DNA of 64,000 bases. Origin: an uncultured Candidatus Saccharibacteria bacterium (lineage in GTDB: Bacteria; Patescibacteriota; Doudnabacteria; UBA920). The notes under the pieces are model-generated. The model was given only the letters and a program-made list of their open reading frames with translations, did no database searches and was not told where the DNA came from. The translations under genes were made by a program, and so were the position numbers. The stretch covers positions 3,168 through 67,167 of the forward strand of contig CAYTCJ010000003.1 of the NCBI GenBank assembly GCA_964436545.1. The letters run 5' to 3'. Within the stretch, counting starts at the first letter, position 1, and every line of letters begins with the position of its first letter. Positions 9,191 through 19,662 of the stretch are shown in pieces.

Positions 9191-9832
9191 ATGCTAGAAA
9201 GTAAAGAATTTTGCACAATTTATATTGTTCGGCACGGGGAAACCGACCATAATATTCAGGGGATTATTCAAGGTCAAATAGATACGGAATTAAACGCGCA
9301 AGGTGTTGAGCAAGCCACGCAAGCTGGTAAAAGATTGGCGCCCATAAATTTTGATGTAGTGTTTGCTTCAGATTTGCTCAGAGCAAAAAGAACAGCGGAA
9401 ATAATTGTGGCGGAAAAACAATTAGCGATTAATACCACTAAATTGTTAAGAGAAAGAAACTATGGTCAATATGAAAATAAAAAACATTCAGAATTTAAAG
9501 AAGTTAATAAAGCTCTCTTGTTAAAATTACAAGCCATGGCAACTGAGCAAAGGCGAGAGTATAAATTTGATGCCGAATACGAAAGCGATAATCAGGTAGC
9601 CGGCCGGTTGCTAACTTTTTTAAGAGAAGTGGCTATAACTTATGCCGGAAAAACCGTGTTAATGGTTTCGCATGGCGGAGTAATGAGAATTTTATTGGAA
9701 CATTTAGGTTTTAAAACCACCGAAGAAATGAAAAAGATTTTTATTGAAAATACCGCTCACATAAAATTAGCCAGCAATGGGGTGGAGTTTAATTTATTGG
9801 AAACCAATGGCTTTACAATTAAAGAGGTTTAA
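9191..9832 (+). CDS. Histidine phosphatase family protein (phosphoglycerate mutase-like)
   Basis: RHGET, SDLLRA, VSHGG; directly upstream of pyk. Confidence 0.88.
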   Translation: MLESKEFCTIYIVRHGETDHNIQGIIQGQIDTELNAQGVEQATQAGKRLAPINFDVVFASDLLRAKRTAEIIVAEKQLAINTTKLLRERNYGQYENKKHSEFKEVNKALLLKLQAMATEQRREYKFDAEYESDNQVAGRLLTFLREVAITYAGKTVLMVSHGGVMRILLEHLGFKTTEEMKKIFIENTAHIKLASNGVEFNLLETNGFTIKEV

Positions 9833-9834
9833 CT

Positions 9835-11229
9835 ATGCACAAAAAAACGAAAATTATTTGCACCTTGGGACCGGCGAGTGAAAGTATAAAAATCATTGAA
9901 CAAATGGTGAGGGCGGGAATGAATGTGGCACGCTTAAATTTTTCGCATGGCGACCACGAGAATCATAAATTATTAATAGACAATATCCGCCGGGTGTCTG
10001 GCAAAGTGGGCGTGCCGATTGCTATTATTCAAGATTTGCACGGTCCAAAAATTCGGATTAAAGATTTAACCGCGCCAATAGCGGTAAAAGTCGGCGATAA
10101 GGTGGTCATTGGTAAAGATTTTAATTTAGACACTGAAGTTTTTAAATCGATTCGCACGAAACAAAGAATTCTAATTGAAGACGGACTAATTGAATTGGAA
10201 GTGGAGAAAGTAACCGGTAAACAGATTACTTGCACGGTGCTGTCGCCGGGAAAAATTCAAAATCATAAGGGGGTCAATTTGCCCAGAACCAAATTAAAAA
10301 TTCCCATTCTTACCACCAGAGACATTGAGGACTTGAAGTTTGGTTTAAAGAACAATGTGGATTATGTGGCGTTATCTTTTGTAAGGACTGCCAAAGACGT
10401 GAGGAATTTAAAAAAATTGATTGCCAAGTTTAATCCTAAAACCTTACTGCCTCCGAAGATTATTGCCAAAATCGAAAAGCCGGAAGCGGTAAAGAATTTT
10501 AATGCAATTTTAAGAGAATCAGACGCCGTAATGGTGGCTAGGGGCGATTTGGGTGTGGAAATGCCGGAGTCGCAAGTGCCAATTTTACAAAAGGAAATTA
10601 TTCAAAAATGTTTAAGGTCGGCTAAGCCGGTAATTGTCGCCACGCAAATGTTAGACAGTATGATACGAAACCCCAGGCCAACTCGGGCGGAAGTGAGCGA
10701 TGTGGCAAATGCGGTAATTGACCAAAGCGATGCGGTTATGCTTTCGGGCGAGAGCGCGTTTGGTAAGTATCCGGTGAAAACTGTACAAGAAATGGCTAAA
10801 ATTATTGAAGTCACGGAGAAATCCCATTTTTTGCCCCCGCATAAACATTTGCAAGACAAAGTGGTAAGCAAAGTGGAAGCAATTTCCGAAGGTGTGTTTG
10901 ATTTGGCTGAACATACGAAAGCCTCTGCGATTGTTGGGGCTACGGAGAGCGGGTTTACTGCCAGACAAGTGGCTCACGAAAGGCCGTTCCATCCCAAACT
11001 TGTGATGTTTACACCGAAAGAAAAAACTTTGAGACAAATGGCATTAATTTGGGGAGTGGAGAGTTTTTATATGCCTCAAGTAAAAACTTTGGAACAGTTA
11101 ACTGCCACTATGTTTAAAATTTTAAAAGCTAAACGAGTTTTAAGAACCGGGCAAAAGGTAATTATGGTAACCGGCGAACCTATTGGCACTAAAGAGAGTT
11201 TAAATTTAGTGGAAGTTAAAGTAATTTAG
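9835..11229 (+). CDS. pyk: Pyruvate kinase
   Basis: TKIICTLGPAS, RLNFSHG, MVARGDLGVE, ATQMLDSM, PTRAEVSDVAN. Confidence 0.97.
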   Translation: MHKKTKIICTLGPASESIKIIEQMVRAGMNVARLNFSHGDHENHKLLIDNIRRVSGKVGVPIAIIQDLHGPKIRIKDLTAPIAVKVGDKVVIGKDFNLDTEVFKSIRTKQRILIEDGLIELEVEKVTGKQITCTVLSPGKIQNHKGVNLPRTKLKIPILTTRDIEDLKFGLKNNVDYVALSFVRTAKDVRNLKKLIAKFNPKTLLPPKIIAKIEKPEAVKNFNAILRESDAVMVARGDLGVEMPESQVPILQKEIIQKCLRSAKPVIVATQMLDSMIRNPRPTRAEVSDVANAVIDQSDAVMLSGESAFGKYPVKTVQEMAKIIEVTEKSHFLPPHKHLQDKVVSKVEAISEGVFDLAEHTKASAIVGATESGFTARQVAHERPFHPKLVMFTPKEKTLRQMALIWGVESFYMPQVKTLEQLTATMFKILKAKRVLRTGQKVIMVTGEPIGTKESLNLVEVKVI

Positions 11230-11232
11230 CCA

Positions 11233-11273
11233 GATGGGCATCTTCAAGGGGATTCCCCTTGAAGATGCCCATC
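11233..11273. repeat. REP doublet: perfect 19-bp stem hairpin GATGGGCATCTTCAAGGGG-ATT-CCCCTTGAAGATGCCCATC
   Basis: Read directly; single units recur at 11424-11445 and 11943-11966. Confidence 0.85.
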
Positions 11274-11281
11274 GAGGGAAT

Positions 11282-11938
11282 ATGAATCATCGAGATTATA
11301 AACAATTTGCCCCTTTAACCTCCCATCATATTTATAATCGGGGAAATGGAAAGCGAGATATTTTTTTGGATGCGGATGATTATAATTTTTTTCTATATCG
11401 CCTGAAAGAAAATCTTTTTCCCACCTTGAAGATGCCCATCGAGGGGAGTGTATTTAATAATTCGCATACTCCATATAAACGCAAAACCTTGCCTAGCGGA
11501 GCATTTTCTTTATTGGCTTATTGTTTGATGCCAAATCATTTTCATTTACTAATCCAACAGAATTCGTTATTGCCTGTGAGTAAGTTATTAGCCAAAGTTT
11601 GTACAAGTTATAGTAAATATTTTAACAAAAAATATGATAATATTGGTGGAGTCTTTCAAGATCAATTTAAAGCAGTTTTAGTTGTTAGTGATACTCAACT
11701 GCTTTGGCTTTCAGCGTATATTCATCAAAACCCGGTAATAGCAGGAATTATAAAAAAGATAGAGGATTATCAATGGTCTAGTTATTTAGATTTGGTGGGT
11801 TTAAGGCAAGGGAGTCTTTGTGATAAAAGTTTTTTTGTGAAAATGGTTGGTTCTAAAAATTCTTATAAAAAATTTGTTGATGAAAGTTTTGAAAAAATTA
11901 AACAACGGAAGGACATTAAGAATTTACTAATAGAATAG
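11282..11938 (+). mobile_element. REP-associated tyrosine transposase (RAYT, Y1_Tnp HUH family)
   Basis: HIYNRGN..IF, AYCLMPNHFHLL (HUH), YIHQNPV, Y.WSSY; flanked by REP-like repeats. Confidence 0.9.
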
Positions 11939-12033
11939 TACCCCCCTTGAAGATGCCCATCAAGGGTATTTTAAGGTTTAAATGACATTCGTTGAAAATT
12001 AGGTTATAATAGTAGAAATCATTTATCATACAA

Positions 12034-12130
12034 ACCCCATTAGAGAATTATTGGGAGTAAGATATTAATAGGCTTTAGGTTATTGTTTTATTTTTATTTA
12101 CAAAGCTTTATTCTATATTCTCTAACGGGG
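12034..12130. repeat. ACCCC(A/G)TTAGAGAA...TTCTCTAA(C/T)GGGG inverted-repeat element
   Basis: Terminal inverted repeats about 97 bp apart; second copy at 45201-45296. Confidence 0.7.
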
Positions 12131-12143
12131 CAAGTCATACTTT

Positions 12144-14609
12144 ATGGAAAAAGATAAGCAATTTGTTTTATGGTTTGACGAAATTAGCAAAGGCGACGTG
12201 GGTTTAGTGGGGGGAAAAAACGCCAATTTGGGAGAAATGTACCAAAATTTAACCAAAGCGGAAAGTCCGCTTTTTAAAGGCGAAAAGATTAATGTGCCTT
12301 ATGGGTTTTCTGTAACCGCTTATGCCTATCGGCAGTTTATTAGTGCGAATCAATTAGATCAAAAAATTAAAGAACTATTAAAAGATTTAGACACGCATAA
12401 CATTAAACAACTGGAAGAAAAAGGTCATAAAGTTAGACAAATTATTTTAGAAGCCAATTTTCCGGAAGACTTGTCTACCGCTATAAAAACCGCTTATGCG
12501 GAAATGGCTAAAAAATTAAAATTGCCCGCCGAAGAGTTAGATGTAGCGGTTAGGTCTTCTGCCACGGCCGAGGATTTACCGGATGCGAGTTTTGCCGGAC
12601 AACAAGAGAGTTATTTAAACATTAAGGGTGACCACGAGTTGTTGGAGAGTATTAAAAAAGCCTTTTCGTCGTTGTTTACCAACCGCGCAATTTCTTACCG
12701 GCAAGACAAAAATTATGACCACTTTAATGTTGCCTTGTCCGTAGCTGTGCAAAAAATGGCGAGGTCAGATCGCGGTTCTAGCGGAGTATTATTTACCATA
12801 GATACGGAGAGCGGGTTTAAAAATTGTTTAATTATTAACGGCGCTTGGGGTCTGGGTGAGTTTGTGGTTAAAGGGATTGTGAACCCCGATGAGTTTAAAG
12901 TGTTTAAACCTACCCTAAAACAGGGTTTTAAATCTATCATCAATAAAAAGTTAGGCAGTAAAGAGAAAAAGTTAATTTATGCTTCGGAAGGCACAGAGCC
13001 CACAAGGGAAGCGCCGGTAGCCGAAGCCGACCGGCACCGCTTTGTGCTCAACGATGAGCAAATTTTGCAATTGGCCAAGTGGGGAGTAATTATTGAAGAG
13101 CATTACCAAAGACCCATGGATATTGAATGGGCGTTGGACGAAACTACTAACCAGCTCTACATTGTGCAGGCCAGACCCGAGACCGTGCATGCGCACCGCG
13201 ATGCTAATTTTTTGGAAGAATTTGTTTTGGAAGAAAAAGGCAAGGTAATTACGCAAGGTGCTGCGGTGGGTGCTAAAATCGGACAAGGCAAGGCACACTA
13301 TATAAAAGATGCGGGCAAAATTTCGGAATTCCAAAAAGGTGAGGTGTTAGTGACGGAAATTACCGATCCCGACTGGGAACCGATTATGAAGATTGCTTCG
13401 GCGATTGTGACCAATTCCGGCGGGCGAACCTCGCACGCTGCCATTGTGTCGCGGGAGTTAGGGATTCCGGCTGTGGTGGGCACGGGGAATGCCACAACGA
13501 TAATTAAAGACGGGCAGGAAATTACCGTTTCTTGCGCTGAGGGTGAGTTAGGTAAAGTTTACGAAGGTTTGCTGAAATTTAAAATCAATAAAACCGACCT
13601 TACCGGCTTTACGCCTCCGAAGACCGATATTAAAATGATAGCGGCTGATCCGGAATTGGCTTTTGGCTATTCATTTTTGCCCAATAAAGGCGTTGGCTTG
13701 GCTCGTCAGGAATTTGTGATTTCCAATTCCATAAAAATTCATCCCAATGCGTTAATTAATTATGACACACTGGAAGACCAAGAAGTTAAAAAACAGATTG
13801 ATGTGCTAACCGTGGGGTATGAAGATAAAACTAAGTATTACGTGGAAAAGTTGGCATTTGGTTTGGGGCAGTTAGCCGCAGCCTTCTACCCTTACGATGT
13901 GCTGATGCGGTTTAGTGATTTTAAAAGCAATGAATACGCCAATTTAATTGGGGGAAAATTGTTTGAGCCTGTGGAAGAAAACCCCATGCTCGGGTGGCGA
14001 GGGGCGAGCCGGTATTATTCTCCGGCATACGAAAAAGCGTTCGCGTTTGAGGTGGAGGCGGTTAAGCGCGTAAGGGAAGAAATGGGTTTAATGAATTTAA
14101 GCGTAATGGTGCCGTTTTGTCGCATGCCGGAAGAAGGCAAAAAAGTGGTGGAGTTAATTAATCGCCACGGTTTAACCAATCGCATTTCTCCGGAAGCTCG
14201 CAAACAAAAAAAGAACGGTGATTTGGTGGCCGGTTTGGAAATTTGGGTGATGGCAGAAATCCCTTCTAATATTTTACAAGTTGAAGAATTTGCGGAAATT
14301 TTTGACGGCTTTTCTATTGGCAGTAATGATTTAACCCAGTTAACTTTGGGGTTAGACCGAGACAGTAAAGACATTGCCCATATTGGCAATGAACGCAGTC
14401 CGGCCGTCAGAAAATTAATTAGTATCTTAATTAAAGAAGCTCATGCGCGGGGCTTAAAGGTGGGAATTTGCGGACAAGGGCCGAGTGACTTTCCGGATTT
14501 TGGGGAATTTTTGGTGAAAGAGGGAATAGATAGCGTGTCTTTAAACCCGGACACGGTAATTAAAGCCACCTTAAAACTTAAAGCAGTGGAAGAAAAGATA
14601 GGAAAATAA
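12144..14609 (+). CDS. ppsA: Phosphoenolpyruvate synthase
   Basis: VGGKNANLGEM, VRSSATAEDL, TSHAAIVSRELG phospho-His, SIGSNDLTQ, GICGQGPSD. Confidence 0.97.
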   Translation: MEKDKQFVLWFDEISKGDVGLVGGKNANLGEMYQNLTKAESPLFKGEKINVPYGFSVTAYAYRQFISANQLDQKIKELLKDLDTHNIKQLEEKGHKVRQIILEANFPEDLSTAIKTAYAEMAKKLKLPAEELDVAVRSSATAEDLPDASFAGQQESYLNIKGDHELLESIKKAFSSLFTNRAISYRQDKNYDHFNVALSVAVQKMARSDRGSSGVLFTIDTESGFKNCLIINGAWGLGEFVVKGIVNPDEFKVFKPTLKQGFKSIINKKLGSKEKKLIYASEGTEPTREAPVAEADRHRFVLNDEQILQLAKWGVIIEEHYQRPMDIEWALDETTNQLYIVQARPETVHAHRDANFLEEFVLEEKGKVITQGAAVGAKIGQGKAHYIKDAGKISEFQKGEVLVTEITDPDWEPIMKIASAIVTNSGGRTSHAAIVSRELGIPAVVGTGNATTIIKDGQEITVSCAEGELGKVYEGLLKFKINKTDLTGFTPPKTDIKMIAADPELAFGYSFLPNKGVGLARQEFVISNSIKIHPNALINYDTLEDQEVKKQIDVLTVGYEDKTKYYVEKLAFGLGQLAAAFYPYDVLMRFSDFKSNEYANLIGGKLFEPVEENPMLGWRGASRYYSPAYEKAFAFEVEAVKRVREEMGLMNLSVMVPFCRMPEEGKKVVELINRHGLTNRISPEARKQKKNGDLVAGLEIWVMAEIPSNILQVEEFAEIFDGFSIGSNDLTQLTLGLDRDSKDIAHIGNERSPAVRKLISILIKEAHARGLKVGICGQGPSDFPDFGEFLVKEGIDSVSLNPDTVIKATLKLKAVEEKIGK

Positions 14610-14611
14610 AT

Positions 14612-14938
14612 ATGAAGCCAAAAAGACAGGGTGAAAAAATCGGCGGTGAGCATTCAACTTTTAATGACCTAGCCGTGGGGGTGGCTGATTTTTTGCAAAA
14701 ACTGCCTGAAGTTCACAAAATTTCTCCAGGCTATATTACTTCTGGTATTGGGGGCGGTGCGGGTAGGCGCCATGTAAAAATTATTGATGAAACAGGTTGT
14801 ATATTATTAACTTGTAAACAATCAAGTTCAGTTCAGGAAGTTAGAGTATTTACTAAAAATCCTCAGTCGGTAAAATTGGCTTTAGCTCGGTGGTTAAGGG
14901 ATAGTAAGATAGAGATTAGTTTTGACAGCCATACATAA
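14612..14938 (+). CDS. Small hypothetical protein (DUF2103-like)
   Basis: GGEHST...KISPGYI pattern; family recalled from memory. Confidence 0.6.
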   Translation: MKPKRQGEKIGGEHSTFNDLAVGVADFLQKLPEVHKISPGYITSGIGGGAGRRHVKIIDETGCILLTCKQSSSVQEVRVFTKNPQSVKLALARWLRDSKIEISFDSHT

Positions 14939-14940
14939 AC

Positions 14941-14980
14941 CCACTAAAAAACCAATCTGGTAAGATTGGTTTTTTAGTGG
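14941..14980. terminator. Perfect 18-bp hairpin, bidirectional terminator overlapping the tRNA-Ser CCA end
   Basis: CCACTAAAAAACCAATCT-GGTA-AGATTGGTTTTTTAGTGG. Confidence 0.8.
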
Positions 14981-15067
14981 CGGAGAGAGGGGGATTCGAA
15001 CCCCCGAAGCCTTTTACAGCTTACTCGCTTTCCAAGCGAGCGCACTAGACCACTATGCGATCTCTCC
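14978..15067 (-). tRNA. tRNA-Ser(GGA)
   Basis: Reverse strand GGAGAGA acceptor, CTCGC-TTGGAAA-GCGAG anticodon arm, long variable arm, GTTCGAATC, encoded CCA. Confidence 0.97.
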
Positions 15068-15190
15068 TTGGGTAATAAAACAAATGAAATACCAACAAAT
15101 CTTACCATTTTTTTACCGGCTTGTCGAGATTAAGAATTTATTATAGAATAGTAAGGCAATTAAAACATTTATTCTCTAATAAACACCAAT

Positions 15191-15766
15191 ATGACCGCAC
15201 TTAGCCCAAAAATTTTGAAAGCTTTGGAGTTTGCTTCTATTGCTCATAAAGGTCAACTGCGCAAATTTCCCACCAATGTGCCTTATATTTCTCATTTGGG
15301 AGCGGTAGCCCTTATTTTATCTAACGCCGGTTATGCGGAGAATGTGGTGGTAGCGGGGATTCTGCACGACGTTATTGAAGACACGCCGTTTAAAGCTGAA
15401 GATATTATGGAAAATTTTGGTACCGAGGTTTACGAGTTAGTGGTGGTGGTTACAGAAAATAAAAGTTTGCCGTGGCAGGAACGCAAGGAGCGTTATTTGG
15501 AACAAATTAAAAATGCTTCGGTGGAAGCTCAAGCCATTTCCGCTGCGGATTTATTTGCCAATCGGTTATCCAATTTATTGGGTTTAAGAAAAGGCGAGAA
15601 TCCGTGGATAAAGTTTTCCAAACAACCTAAAGAATATGCCCAAAGAATTTTTGATATTGACGAAAAACGTTTAGCCATTATTAAAAACAGTCCCATTCCG
15701 TTTGTGTCCGAGTTAGAGCGAGCCATGCGAGAAGTGGAAGATTTAACTTGGCAGATGCTGGGTTAA
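15191..15766 (+). CDS. HD-domain protein, small alarmone hydrolase (Mesh1/SpoT-HD)-like
   Basis: AHKGQLRK, PYISHL, GILHDVIEDT. Confidence 0.8.
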   Translation: MTALSPKILKALEFASIAHKGQLRKFPTNVPYISHLGAVALILSNAGYAENVVVAGILHDVIEDTPFKAEDIMENFGTEVYELVVVVTENKSLPWQERKERYLEQIKNASVEAQAISAADLFANRLSNLLGLRKGENPWIKFSKQPKEYAQRIFDIDEKRLAIIKNSPIPFVSELERAMREVEDLTWQMLG

Positions 15767-15890
15767 GCCCGAAATTCTAAAGTCTAAAATCTAAATAAAA
15801 GATAAATTACAAATTCTAATAAAATATTTGGAGTTTAATTTTTTGAGTTTGTTTAGGTTTTGTTTTTAGATTTTAGTTATTGACTTTTTT

Positions 15891-17648
15891 ATGTCAGATA
15901 ATCAGTCGCAGGAAGTTAAAGATCGCTTAAATATTGCCGATGTAATTGGCGGTTATTTGCCATTAAAAAAAGCGGGCGTGAATTTTAAAACCACTTGCCC
16001 GTTTCACCATGAAAAAACGCCCTCGTTTAATGTGAACGTGCCAAAACAAATTTGGCACTGTTTTGGTTGCGGAGAGGGAGGCGATGTGTTTAGTTTCGTA
16101 ATGCGGTATGAAAATTTAGACTTTAAAAGCGCTTTAAAACTCTTGGCCGATAAAGCCGGAGTGAGCTTGCCCAGTTATAAGCCCCAAAATCCGGAAGTGG
16201 AACAGGAAAGGGAGCGACTTTTGAGAGTGAATGCTTTTGCCGGCAAGCTCTATCATCAAATTTTGTTAAAAGACGCCAAAGGCAGTTTGGCCAAAAACTA
16301 CTTACTTCACCGCGGGCTAACTTTAGATACTTTAACCACTTGGCAGATTGGGTTTGCACCCAAAGAGTTTGGTTTTTTAAGAAGTGCTTTAGCGGTTAAG
16401 CGAGTGTCCGATGCGCACATGGTAAAAGCCGGTGTGGTGGTGAGCGGAGAGAATAATAAATTTTACGATAGGTTTCGTGGTCGTCTGACTTTTCCGATTT
16501 TTGATTTATCCGGCCAAGTGGTGGGTTTTTCCGCTAGGATTCTGCCCGAATTCGACGATGGCAAAACCGCCAAATATATTAATTCTCCTGAAACTCTTAT
16601 TTATCAAAAAGGTAAAATTTTGTTTGGTTTGAATTTTGCCAAATCAGCTATTCGTAAACAGGACGAAGCCATTGTGGTGGAAGGACAAATGGATTGCGTG
16701 GCCAGCCACCAGGCCAAAGTGGCGAATGTGGTGGCCAGTAGCGGAACGGCCTTAACTGCGGAACAGTTGGGCCAAATAAAAAAACTTACCTCCAATTTAA
16801 AACTATGTTTCGATGCCGACTCGGCCGGACAAATCGCTTTAAGCCGAGCCGTGGAATTGGCCGTGCCTATGGGTTTTAATCTTAGCGTCATTAATTTACA
16901 AACTGCCAAAGACCCCGATGAGTTAATTAAACAAGACAGTAAATTGTGGTTAGAGGCCATTGCCCAAGCAGTGCCATATTTTGAATATTTTTTACACAGA
17001 GCTTTAAAGCAGTTTACCGGCACAGTAGAACAAAAAAAAGCCATTGCGCATCAGTTAATGCCCGTGGTATCCAAAATTCCCGATCCCGTGGAGCAAGACC
17101 ATTATTTAGTTAAACTGGCCAGAGCTCTGGGCACTGAGGTGAAAGCTTTAAGTCGGTTATTAACTCACTCGCCGGCGAATCACTCGCTCCCGCCTAGTAG
17201 AGAGGCTCCGGCTGTGGCCTCGGTTTTAGAACCTGTGGGTGGGTTATCGGAAGAAAAGTTAGTGCTGGGAGGACTGTTAACCATGCCGGAATTTTTTAAA
17301 CAAATTGCACATGGCTTGGAGTTAGAGGATTTTCGGATTTTGGAAATTCGGGAGGTGGTGGCTGACTTTTTAAACCCTGCCACCCAAACTCAAGCGTTAG
17401 CCGGTTCGCTTGCCAAAGAAGCCATATTTGTGGTAGAATCTTTGGTAGAACAGCAAGGTCAAAAGCCGATTTTACGGCAACTTTTAAAGTCATATTCCTT
17501 GCTCAAAATAAAGCAGTTAAAAAAGAAACAAAAACAATTACAATTGGAGTTAAGTTTATTGGAAACATCCGGCAAATTGGCGGAAAGCGCTCTTGTTCGT
17601 TCCGAGTTTGCTCGGGTTTCCAAGGCGATTGTGTTTTGGCAAAAGTAA
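15891..17648 (+). CDS. dnaG: DNA primase
   Basis: CPFHHEKTPSF...CFGC zinc finger, KYINSPET, TOPRIM VEGQMD, FDADSAG. Confidence 0.97.
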   Translation: MSDNQSQEVKDRLNIADVIGGYLPLKKAGVNFKTTCPFHHEKTPSFNVNVPKQIWHCFGCGEGGDVFSFVMRYENLDFKSALKLLADKAGVSLPSYKPQNPEVEQERERLLRVNAFAGKLYHQILLKDAKGSLAKNYLLHRGLTLDTLTTWQIGFAPKEFGFLRSALAVKRVSDAHMVKAGVVVSGENNKFYDRFRGRLTFPIFDLSGQVVGFSARILPEFDDGKTAKYINSPETLIYQKGKILFGLNFAKSAIRKQDEAIVVEGQMDCVASHQAKVANVVASSGTALTAEQLGQIKKLTSNLKLCFDADSAGQIALSRAVELAVPMGFNLSVINLQTAKDPDELIKQDSKLWLEAIAQAVPYFEYFLHRALKQFTGTVEQKKAIAHQLMPVVSKIPDPVEQDHYLVKLARALGTEVKALSRLLTHSPANHSLPPSREAPAVASVLEPVGGLSEEKLVLGGLLTMPEFFKQIAHGLELEDFRILEIREVVADFLNPATQTQALAGSLAKEAIFVVESLVEQQGQKPILRQLLKSYSLLKIKQLKKKQKQLQLELSLLETSGKLAESALVRSEFARVSKAIVFWQK

Positions 17649-17660
17649 ATTAATTTTATT

Positions 17661-18995
17661 ATGGGAAAAAAGCATAAGCTCAAAAAGAAAGCGGTAAAAA
17701 AAACCAAGGTCGCTAAACCGGCTAAGCGATTTATTAAGAAAGTAATTAAAAAGCGAATTTGGGCGAGAAAAGCCAAAAAAATTCGCAGTGTTAAACCTAA
17801 GTCCACTAAATTCAAGCGCAAGTCCGGTTCCGGAGCGAAAAGTGAAAAATCGCCAGTGGTGGAAATGTTATTAAGTGAAGGTGAAAGACAAAAATTATTT
17901 GCCGATTTAATGCAAAGAGGTTTAAGTCGGGGTTTTGTCACCGAAGCGGAAATGCTTCACACTTTTCCCGATTTGGAAAATGACTTAGTGGGTTTGGAAT
18001 TGGCCATGGAGGCTTTGGAAAAACGAGGCATAGAAATTGTTGACCAAGAAGTGGCGAGCGTGTGGGAGCAGAATAAAAAACCGGAAATTAAGGAAGGCGA
18101 AAAACCTTTAAAAGGCAGAAAGTTAAAAAAAGCCGAAGAAGCTTTGGAAGCTTTTGATTTGGGCGATATTTACGATGACAGTATTCAAATGTATTTGCGG
18201 GAAATTGGCAAGGTGGGGTTATTGTCCGGCACAGAGGAAATCGATTTGGCCAAACGAGTGGCCAAGGGCGATGTGGCGGCCAGAAAACGCCTGACCGAAG
18301 CCAACTTGCGCTTGGTGGTGAGTATTGCCAAAAAATATATGGGGAGGAATTTGGGTTTGTTAGATTTGATTCAAGAAGGGAATTTGGGTTTGTTTCGGGC
18401 CGTGGAAAAATTTGACTGGACTAAAGGTTATAAATTTTCCACTTATGCCACGTGGTGGATTAGGCAAGCCATTACTCGTGCTTTGGCAGATCAATCTCGT
18501 ACCATTCGGATTCCCGTGCATATGGTGGAAACTTTAAATAAGTATGCGCAGGCGGAAAGACAATTGGTGCAAGATTTAGGCCGAGAACCTCTGCCGGAAG
18601 AAATTGCCGCGGAAATGGGGATTGAAGTGGAGAAAGTCTATCATTTAAAAAAGATTTCTCAGGAAACTGTTTCCATAGATTCGCCGGTGGGGGAAGACGA
18701 AGGCGAAGATTCCTCACTCGGCGATTTTATTGTGGACGAAGATACCACCAAGCCTAATGAAATGGCGGGTAGGCAAATTTTAAAAGAATATGTGGGCAAT
18801 ATATTGTTAGATTTAGACCCCAGAGAGCAGAAAATTTTAAAAATGCGGTTTGGTTTGGAAGATGGCGTGACGCATACGTTAGAAGAAGTGGGGGAAGAGT
18901 TTGGCGTAACAAGGGAACGCATAAGACAAATAGAGAGTAAAGCTCTGGAAAAAATCCGCGAGCATATAGATGTAAATAAATTAAGAGATTATTAA
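17661..18995 (+). CDS. rpoD: Primary sigma-70 factor with Lys-rich N-terminal extension
   Basis: [44 protein letters not shown]. Confidence 0.96.
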   Translation: MGKKHKLKKKAVKKTKVAKPAKRFIKKVIKKRIWARKAKKIRSVKPKSTKFKRKSGSGAKSEKSPVVEMLLSEGERQKLFADLMQRGLSRGFVTEAEMLHTFPDLENDLVGLELAMEALEKRGIEIVDQEVASVWEQNKKPEIKEGEKPLKGRKLKKAEEALEAFDLGDIYDDSIQMYLREIGKVGLLSGTEEIDLAKRVAKGDVAARKRLTEANLRLVVSIAKKYMGRNLGLLDLIQEGNLGLFRAVEKFDWTKGYKFSTYATWWIRQAITRALADQSRTIRIPVHMVETLNKYAQAERQLVQDLGREPLPEEIAAEMGIEVEKVYHLKKISQETVSIDSPVGEDEGEDSSLGDFIVDEDTTKPNEMAGRQILKEYVGNILLDLDPREQKILKMRFGLEDGVTHTLEEVGEEFGVTRERIRQIESKALEKIREHIDVNKLRDY

Positions 18996-19064
18996 ATATA
19001 ACGTTTAGCGATTAGGGGTTAGCGTTTAGCCTTAAAAATCGTTAAAGGTAAAAAAGGAAAAAAT

Positions 19065-19244
19065 ATGTCATTAGAAAAGCGTTTGGGAGAACCACGAGAG
19101 TTAAATATCGATGACTTAGCTTTTCAGCTTAATCATTTGACTAGAGAACAGTGGGAAGCATTAGTATCAGGTTTAGAATCAGAAACTAGAGAATTGTTAG
19201 AAACAGCTTTAAATTCTAATCTTGGAGTAGAGCACGGAGCTTAA
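19065..19244 (+). CDS. Small hypothetical protein, 59 aa (MSLEKRLGEPRELNIDDL...), not in the ORF track
   Basis: AAAGGA RBS, ATG 19065, TAA 19242-19244. Confidence 0.5.
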   Translation: MSLEKRLGEPRELNIDDLAFQLNHLTREQWEALVSGLESETRELLETALNSNLGVEHGA

Positions 19245-19323
19245 GTTTTTAGCATAAACAAAACCAAAAATATTTTTTTATTTATACTTAACAGGAATTT
19301 AAGAGTTATCCACTTTTCTACTC

Positions 19324-19352
19324 TTGAAGCCGGAGAAGTTCAGGCGTAAAAT
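19324..19352 (+). promoter_or_regulatory. Sigma70-type promoter TTGAAG-N17-TAAAAT
   Basis: Near-consensus boxes with a 17-bp spacer. Confidence 0.55.
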
Positions 19353-19357
19353 GTAAG

Positions 19358-19585
19358 TAGAAAGGAAAAAGAAAGCAGATGATTAACAGGTTTAGTAGCG
19401 TCAAGTAAGGTAGCTTTTCCCGCCCCATATGGGCGAACAGCGAAAAAGCCTTATAGGTGCTTAACCTACAACTACGTCTGGCTAGTAGAATACGAACTTG
19501 CCGGACAAAAAAAGAAAATCGCATATGGGAAAAGTTATCTCAGTATAAACCCTCTTGCTCCTCAATTAGGACAAGGGGGTTTATC
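19358..19585 (+). ncRNA. Candidate structured non-coding RNA
   Basis: Promoter, long-range stem 19411-19421/19527-19537 enclosing hairpins, terminal hairpin 19545-19584, no long sense ORF. Confidence 0.45.
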
Positions 19586-19662
19586 ATATTTACAAAACTT
19601 AAAATTTATGTTAAAATTTTGAGTTAATTTAGAATAAGTCCTTAACTAAAACGTTCAAAATC

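Noticed and set aside
17459-17941. 160-aa hydrophobic minus-strand ORF
   Set aside because: Antisense of the Lys-rich rpoD N-terminus and the dnaG end; AAA codons read as Phe/Leu.
19306-19314. TTATCCACT DnaA-box-like site
   Set aside because: Single imperfect box; no cluster and no dnaA/dnaN context.
19358-19585. tmRNA or retron ncRNA interpretation
   Set aside because: No tRNA-like ends or Ala-ending tag, and no reverse transcriptase in the window.
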